Positions 57,301 to 64,000 of a stretch of DNA of 64,000 nt are shown here, piece after piece. Source of the DNA: Botryllus schlosseri (lineage: Eukaryota); NCBI GenBank assembly GCA_051294905.1, contig CM119379.1, forward strand, positions 20,646,001-20,710,000. The letters run 5' to 3'. Made by a program: the position numbers and the translations under genes. Every line of letters begins with the position of its first letter. The first letter of the stretch is position 1. The notes beneath the pieces were generated by a model. That model worked only from the letters and a program-made list of their open reading frames with translations. It did not search any database and was not told the DNA's origin.

Positions 57301-60300
57301 GAGAGTCAAGAATTATGCATCAGTGCGTAGCCCCCGTTGCCTAGTTTCGAACAAGCCGTCAACCATGGCCGTAAACCGCGCGGCTCGCCAGATATCGAAA
57401 AATAAAAAATACATGAAAAATTTACATATGGGCGTGGTCAGTGAGTGGTCATAATGGTCAAGTTCAATATCAATACCGAATAGGAGCCCTACCGCCCAGT
57501 TAATGGCATGAAACAACGTGGTATACTTTCTCTTGTCGTATCCAACCATTTGCAGGCATAGTAAACCAGTTTATGACTCATATTCGGTCACGAACTTGGA
57601 TTTTAACTTGACTGTGTTCTTAAAATCACCGAAGCGTGACCACAATTAACAAACCCCCTCAGAATACATCCCACAACAAGGTTTGATGTTTGAAACGGTG
57701 AATAATTACACAGAATACCGTACAAGTATACTTGTGATGTTCTGGCAGAATTTCTGACTATATTTCCCACTCGGAAAATATCTGGAAATTTGGCATGCGT
57801 ATTTTCGGCGGAACTCCTCATGTAAGATCGACGGTACTCGAAAATTGTCATGTCTTATACCTTCAAATTACATATCATATAAATCAGAAGATTGCTAGCT
57901 TTTCGTACAGACCAATATGAGGCCTCTAGGACGTATACGAGCCAAGATATGACCAGATGAAGTTGGCTGAAGCCATCAGAGGCTGCAGATTTCAAAAGGG
58001 TTAAACGGGCCTGTCGCTTTGTGCGGTTTTGATTTGGGTCGCGATACACCTCAATGTAAACGCGGCGTTTGTTTGGCGGCGTATTGTTTGCGTGTGTTTG
58101 CCGTGGCTCGATTGGATTCTATGTCAATGTTGCGTGTCGAGAGGGTGGGGGAAAGGTCAAACCGATGGGGGACACATGGGATGTGTTGTCCCGGCCCAAA
58201 CAATTATCATATACTTATCGTGCATAGGGCTGGTCAGAATGATTCTAGTACTGAAAATACACTCACCTCAACACTGAGAGTTGATTTACCAACGAAGATT
58301 ATAGTTTCGATACGATATTCTCCACTGTGGAAGCCTTGAAAGCTCGATCTGTCGTATCACGGCATACGAGGCATGTAACACAAAGCTATACGCGCGCTAG
58401 TGGAAATGAAATCTGTGTGAAGGCGTGCTCAAGTCATGAAGTGCAATGAAACGAGCGCGGTCTAAAAATGCCGAGTTACCTTCAATGTGATGTCGAACTG
58501 GCATTATTTTATTTTTTTGTAGCATAAATTTTTGAATACCTGGTACATATAGCCTAATACTCGCGTATGTACTATGGTCTTTGCGGTAATGCGGCAGTAT
58601 AGTGAAAACGTTTGAAAACTTATTCAATCGCGCTCTCTGATCCTATACCTCCGAATTTGAAGTCAACAGCTTCAAGATGCGTTACCGATCTCGAGGTTTA
58701 AATCCTGACTTTGTATCATCTCCATATCCACGTTCAAAAGTATAGCTATATTTCGTCGAAAGGTCGTACGAAAATCCACGCCGCTTAGAATTCCGTATTC
58801 AAATACAAATATGAATCCGCCCTGATTCAGACGGTTGGTGTCTTAATCCAATTTGTGCTATGTCACAAATCCTATGCTCTGTTTCGACTGCATGTGAACA
58901 ATAACGCGAAGATCCGATCGTAATCCAGTCGGGCCCCACGCTAAACTCGGCAGACGCCGGGTTTGTTGAGATCGTGTTTATGCTGTTTACAGAAGTGTCC
59001 TTGCGGATTTTGTTACAAGCATGGGTATTGGTGGTCTTATATTACGCGTACGTAATGGACTAAAACAAATATTCGCTGAGATTTTTCGGATATATTATGT
59101 TTTGAGTATTCTCCCTGAATTCTGATGAATTGTTGCGTGGTAAACTTTGTGATGGCTAAAAAAAAGATCTCTGTAACGCTGAAAACAGGCGTGTTGGGTC
59201 GCTATTTCGGTACTCTCTGAATTCATCCGCTCGCTTTTTACACTATGGATTTTGAAAAGTAGAAAGCAGTTTGTGATGAGTTTGCGCGACTTTTACGCGG
59301 CAAATTTACACAGAACCTTGAGATATAGCCGCTGTATTACGTTACGTTACCTGACTATAATATAAAATATTATTTTCGATGGTCGTACGCCGTACCTATT
59401 TGTATAGTGTGGGAATGTGAGCAGGTTCAGTATTACTTTACACTAGGGTTGTTCAAAAATAACTTTTTCTCTAGATTCCAGGGATTCATTGATTAAATTG
59501 TCAGGTTGCCTAAAAATCGCTGCACGCCAAATTTGGCTCGATCTCAACTGGTAGATGCGAACGCACGGGAGTTTGAAAAGTTTGAATTCATTTAAAAAGT
59601 ATCAGAAAATTTCAAATTTTCACGTTCAACCCCATGGAATTGTTGAGTTGTCTACAAAAACGGTATAAAACAAATTTGATGCAATTCAAACCCTGGCCAG
59701 GCTAATTTTACGAATCCCAAATTTTAATCTGCAGTAACTTTGCTTCTAACGGTCGGAAGTGAACAAAAATTGTAGTCGTGCACCGAGCAATATCGGCTCG
59801 TGATTTGGTTCGATTACATCTATTTTTTTTTCATTTTATGCGTCCGTTAACGCTACTCGCTCGCAGCTGCGTTGTGGGTGCTTCATTCCAATTCGCATTC
59901 GCACGTATTCCATGATCCGGCGCCGCCTTGTCGGTATACCGCGTCACGATATGACCGCTGTATTTTCGATTCTAGTATATTGCGCGGCTGGCGGCTTGTT
60001 TCGTGTCGAGCGCGGACAATATTTGTACATTTCACGGGTCGCGAATTCCGTCTCTGATATACGTGCGTCGTGTATACAGCCAGGGGAGTTTTTGTTGTCG
60101 GTTTTATGCCTCAGGAATATCGTGGCATCACCCCTTGTTTATAATGTTGCGATGCTTCAATATGGCTTTGCGGTTTTCGGCCCTGCAGGCGCCTCCAACT
60201 TGCTGCGAGCTTACGCTTGTTGTTTCACAACTGTCGCTTGGCGGCTTTGGAGCACGCTGTGTCAACTGATAGGTCGTGTTGGCGGTAACAGGAAAGTGTT

Positions 60301-61702
60301 TTCTATAAATGTTTAGCGCCGTTGGCAATGATGCACAGTCGCGTGTGATTCCACTCTTTCTCGTAGGGTAGATTTAATTATGTCCTATCGTGCTGTAGGC
60401 GCGCTCCGTGACCATATCGGGAACTAGAGCTTTGGGCCTATTTTTGGCGTGGTATCTTCTTATAATTGAATGTGCTTCAACTTGGTAGTATACTATGTAA
60501 TGTTCAAATTCTAAACATTGAATGCAACTGCTCACACACGGGCGCGGCACACCCGGTCGATAAAACTGATGTTCATGACAGTGTTACACAACAGTCTGCG
60601 CCTGTAGACCAGTAAAATTTGAAACAGATTTGCGGAGCGGGAAACCTTCCAAAATCAAAATGAACCCAAAGTGTTGTCATTACGACAAATGCGTTCAACT
60701 CGTAAGCAAATTTTATAAAGTTCAATTTCCGAAACTTGGGAAACCCGCTAGCCTGATTTTGGTTGTTCGGTTGCTGCGAATTTGAGGCCGAACGTCACTA
60801 AATTGTGCTGTCGAAATTATGCGATTTCTGTTTAAAACGTCTTCTTAGCTTTCATATATAACCTATCTTCTAAGAGTTGACGACTATTTCCAGACAGTTT
60901 CGTACAACACTAGCTGCATTACGACACGATGCAGAAATATGCGTGCCAAACTGATAAATCTATATAAAACTGCATGCTTCATTTCTGGTATTAATGGTAA
61001 AGCGTCCAACATCTTGCGTTTTGCAATTGAGATATAGAACTGTCATATATTTGGCGGACTTGCAGTAAAGTTAAGACGGACAATTGAAAACTACTGAATT
61101 ATGGCATTATACCTGAGCAATGAACTGCATTCATTGTGCTTACGTCCTTCAGCTCACTGCTCAGTAATGCAGATGAGTACAGTCGGCTCCGCTTAATTCA
61201 GACCGTTTGGTTCCGCTCACTCTTGGCCAAAATAAGCAGAGAAACGGTTCTGTCCGAATTAAGCGGAAATCCAATTGTTCGTTACATGGTTGTTCGTGAA
61301 GGCGGACAGCGCATTAAAAACACTGTCACGTCGCGTATTTAATGAATTGCAACTGAAAGATGCTGCAGTAATTGGCACGGGTCGCATAAAGCGCACTACA
61401 GTTATGCCTTCAAGTTTGTTGCGGTGTACTGTTCTGCATTTCGATACCAAACGTTATAAGAATTACTGTAAATACTATTTACTGCATTACTGTAAAAAAC
61501 ACATATATAGGTTTGAAACAGTGCAGTAATTCTTCAAGAGCTGAATGACTATTTTCGCATGATAAAAATACTCCACAAAGCAATTTGAAATTGAAAGCAC
61601 GAAGTTTTTAGCTAGGCAAAAAACTCTTCTGTACCATTCTGTTCTACAAGACGGACGTTATTGTACCGAAGTAGCGACCATAATGCTGACAAGACCTTAT
61701 AT

Positions 61703-62490
61703 CAGTGGTTCTCAAACTGGGGGCGTGAAAGCATCTGAACGCAGGGCATGAAGCTGCGGTCAAATGAAAAAAAATTTGCGCTTTGCGCTATTTACCTTCG
61801 ATTCATAGTTATTGCTCTGTGTACACTCCGAATTTCATATTTGATCATTCTCTCATCAACAGTCATAACTAGGGCAAGTTTTTGCAACCTTTTTTTACAG
61901 AATGCCCAGAAGTTATGTGGTATGGCGTTTTAAGCTGTTTGGAGGAATCTTATATTGCAACTTTTCCCCATGTTTTGCATGCAACTTTTTGCAAGTTCTT
62001 TCGATTTTTCATGCAACCATCTTTTTACTGGAAATACTTGGCACTATATGTAAATAGAATGCTTGACTATTTCACTGTCGTTTAAATTGAGGTCCTTTGT
62101 GATTAGACATACATTCAGGCAGGACCGCCAAAAATTATATTTTCATTAGGTAAATTTTTTCAGGCTATTGATTTTGTTCGAGTCTTCAACACTGAGTTTT
62201 GCTGCAGTGCCTTGGATACTGATCGATTCGAGTATCTCATACCCTACTCATTTCAAGGAACTTGTTCATAAAAGCAAGTTTTTAGTGCAACTTTTATGAA
62301 AAATAAGTGCAATTTTCCACGTATTTGACTGGAACAAAAACTTGCCCTAGTCATGACCTTCCATGCCGTCAAACTATCCGTTGGGATTGCTAGCATTCTG
62401 TTGCATTTTGTGATATGGGGGAGGGGGGCGGGGGCGAAATTTTTCACTATCATAAAGGGGGGCGTGTCTAACAATGTTGGAGAACCACTG
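61703..62490. mobile_element. Longer member of the CAGTGGTTCTC MITE family
   Basis: TIR cagtggttctc / gagaaccactg; flanks ccttatat / tcttatat (7/8); ends homologous to 33104-33407. Confidence 0.85.
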
Positions 62491-64000
62491 TCTTATATGA
62501 TTTCATTGGCGATGGATCTTCATTGTTTCACTACAATCACTCATCATTCATCAAACAAACCAAGAACTGTTTGCCGATAAGAATTGCGACCCTGTGTCCG
62601 AATTAAGCGGGTTTTTTTACGCGCAATTTTTACTTTTGTTTCGTTCCCGAGTATTTCGGCCGAACAAAGTGGTTGTCCGGGTTATACGGTGTCCGAATGT
62701 AGCGGAATCGACTGTTTGTATATATAGTAATATGGAGATAGCCTTGTTCATTAAGTCCGCGGAATCCCTGGCGAAGCAACGCCCCTGCAACGACTCTAGA
62801 TGGGAACGGCTGAAAATTCGGTCCCAAACGGGAAACTCCCAACGCATACTGTTATCGGATGCGCGAAAAATGCGGATAACGCACGCAAGTTGCGCGTAAC
62901 GCCGTGCCGTTTGTTGTCTTTGACGATTTAAAATTTAACCACGCGCCGTTTCTCACCGCTCCGCAATCGCGCCGCATTAGCGCTGACGCACGGGTGCGTG
63001 ATTGCCGCGTTTATACCGATAACGTTATCCACAAGAGTTTAACTTGTCCGCTACCGGGCGCGTGCGAAAGTAAACAAACACGGCTCGAATTGCGTCGGCT
63101 TAGGGCCGCTATCTTCAGCGGCACGCTGCGTTTATGCGATTTGAGATTTATTTTTCGGGTCAAACCCGTGATTGGTTATTACGCTCGCGGTAATTTACGC
63201 TGATCCGTTATTTCATGCGTTTTCCCGCGCGTGTGTCAATCCTGACGTCCGACATATTCGATAAAGGCACGTCATTATGACTTGCGCTGGCTATTGGTGA
63301 AAAAACGTATCCGCGATCAGCCGGGAATGTTGATCTGTCTCGCGGAAACTGAACTAAAGTAATGAGCTACGCAAATCGAACTTGATTCTTGTTGAAATGT
63401 TGGTTTTGTATTCCCGCTTCTTTATAGTCTTCTGCGATTCGCTTGTGTTTTCAGGGTATTATCGATGAAGCCGACAACAATCGTACGCAGGAGGGCGTTG
63501 GTGCGAATGATCGAAAATCTGCAAGTAAGTCGGGTATCGGCACCTTTAAGGTCGGCTTACTTTGCGCTACTTTCGCGTAAATCACCGATACCTACCGGGG
63601 CGAATACAGTACACTTTAAGGGTTGTTATAATAAAATCTGTTTTCCAAATTTCACTGGCATACGCTGCGCAATAAATTTGCCCTAATTTCAACCGGTAGA
63701 AGCGAGCAAACTCAAGTTGGAATTTCAATGATTTTTGGAAGAAAAAAAAAATAGTATTTACGATGGCTGCGTAACTTGTCTATGTCCAATTGACCGTTGA
63801 CCAAGTAACTTGTTCCACTCGTGCTCGAACGTTGGGTAATGCTTTTACCGCGCGTTTTCAACGCGTCATCGGTCTGTGATTGAGTTTGGACAAAGTTATC
63901 ATCGCTAATTGATGAAAAAAAATGTTGACTCTGATAATTCTGATAGAGGGAGATGGCATTGGTTCAATATGTCACAACTACATCGATTGTAACTGCGTGA

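Noticed and set aside
63215-63280. MRFPARV as the SCAPER terminal exon
   Set aside because: In-frame stop five codons upstream, no acceptor, lacks the W and FF residues expected after RFP.

Overview
Eukaryotic (animal) genomic DNA; the repeat content and fast-evolving protein suggest an invertebrate chordate such as an ascidian, which is inference only. The window lies inside one + strand gene, an orthologue of SCAPER (S-phase cyclin A-associated protein in the ER). I reconstructed 22 phase-consistent GT-AG exons from 404 to 52974 (3473 nt, about 1158 codons); the 5' exons and the terminal exon were not found in the window. Main observations: (1) six intronic box C/D RNAs carry a two-part antisense sequence tiling the first ~18 nt of U2 snRNA, in two subfamilies predicted to guide 2'-O-methylation of U2 G11 versus G12; (2) a dispersed short repeat family carries minimal type I hammerhead ribozyme motifs, often as inverted pairs, with one intact core at 49764-49806 on the - strand; (3) the SCAPER zinc finger appears replaced by a similar-length segment with no Cys or His; (4) the 3' introns expand to 5-13 kb and hold CpG-rich non-repetitive islands, as expected for the ancient Islet-Scaper regulatory block. 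The introns also hold many hAT and pogo MITEs (several nested, with target-site duplications), hAT transposase relics, tRNA-derived SINEs and a foldback element.
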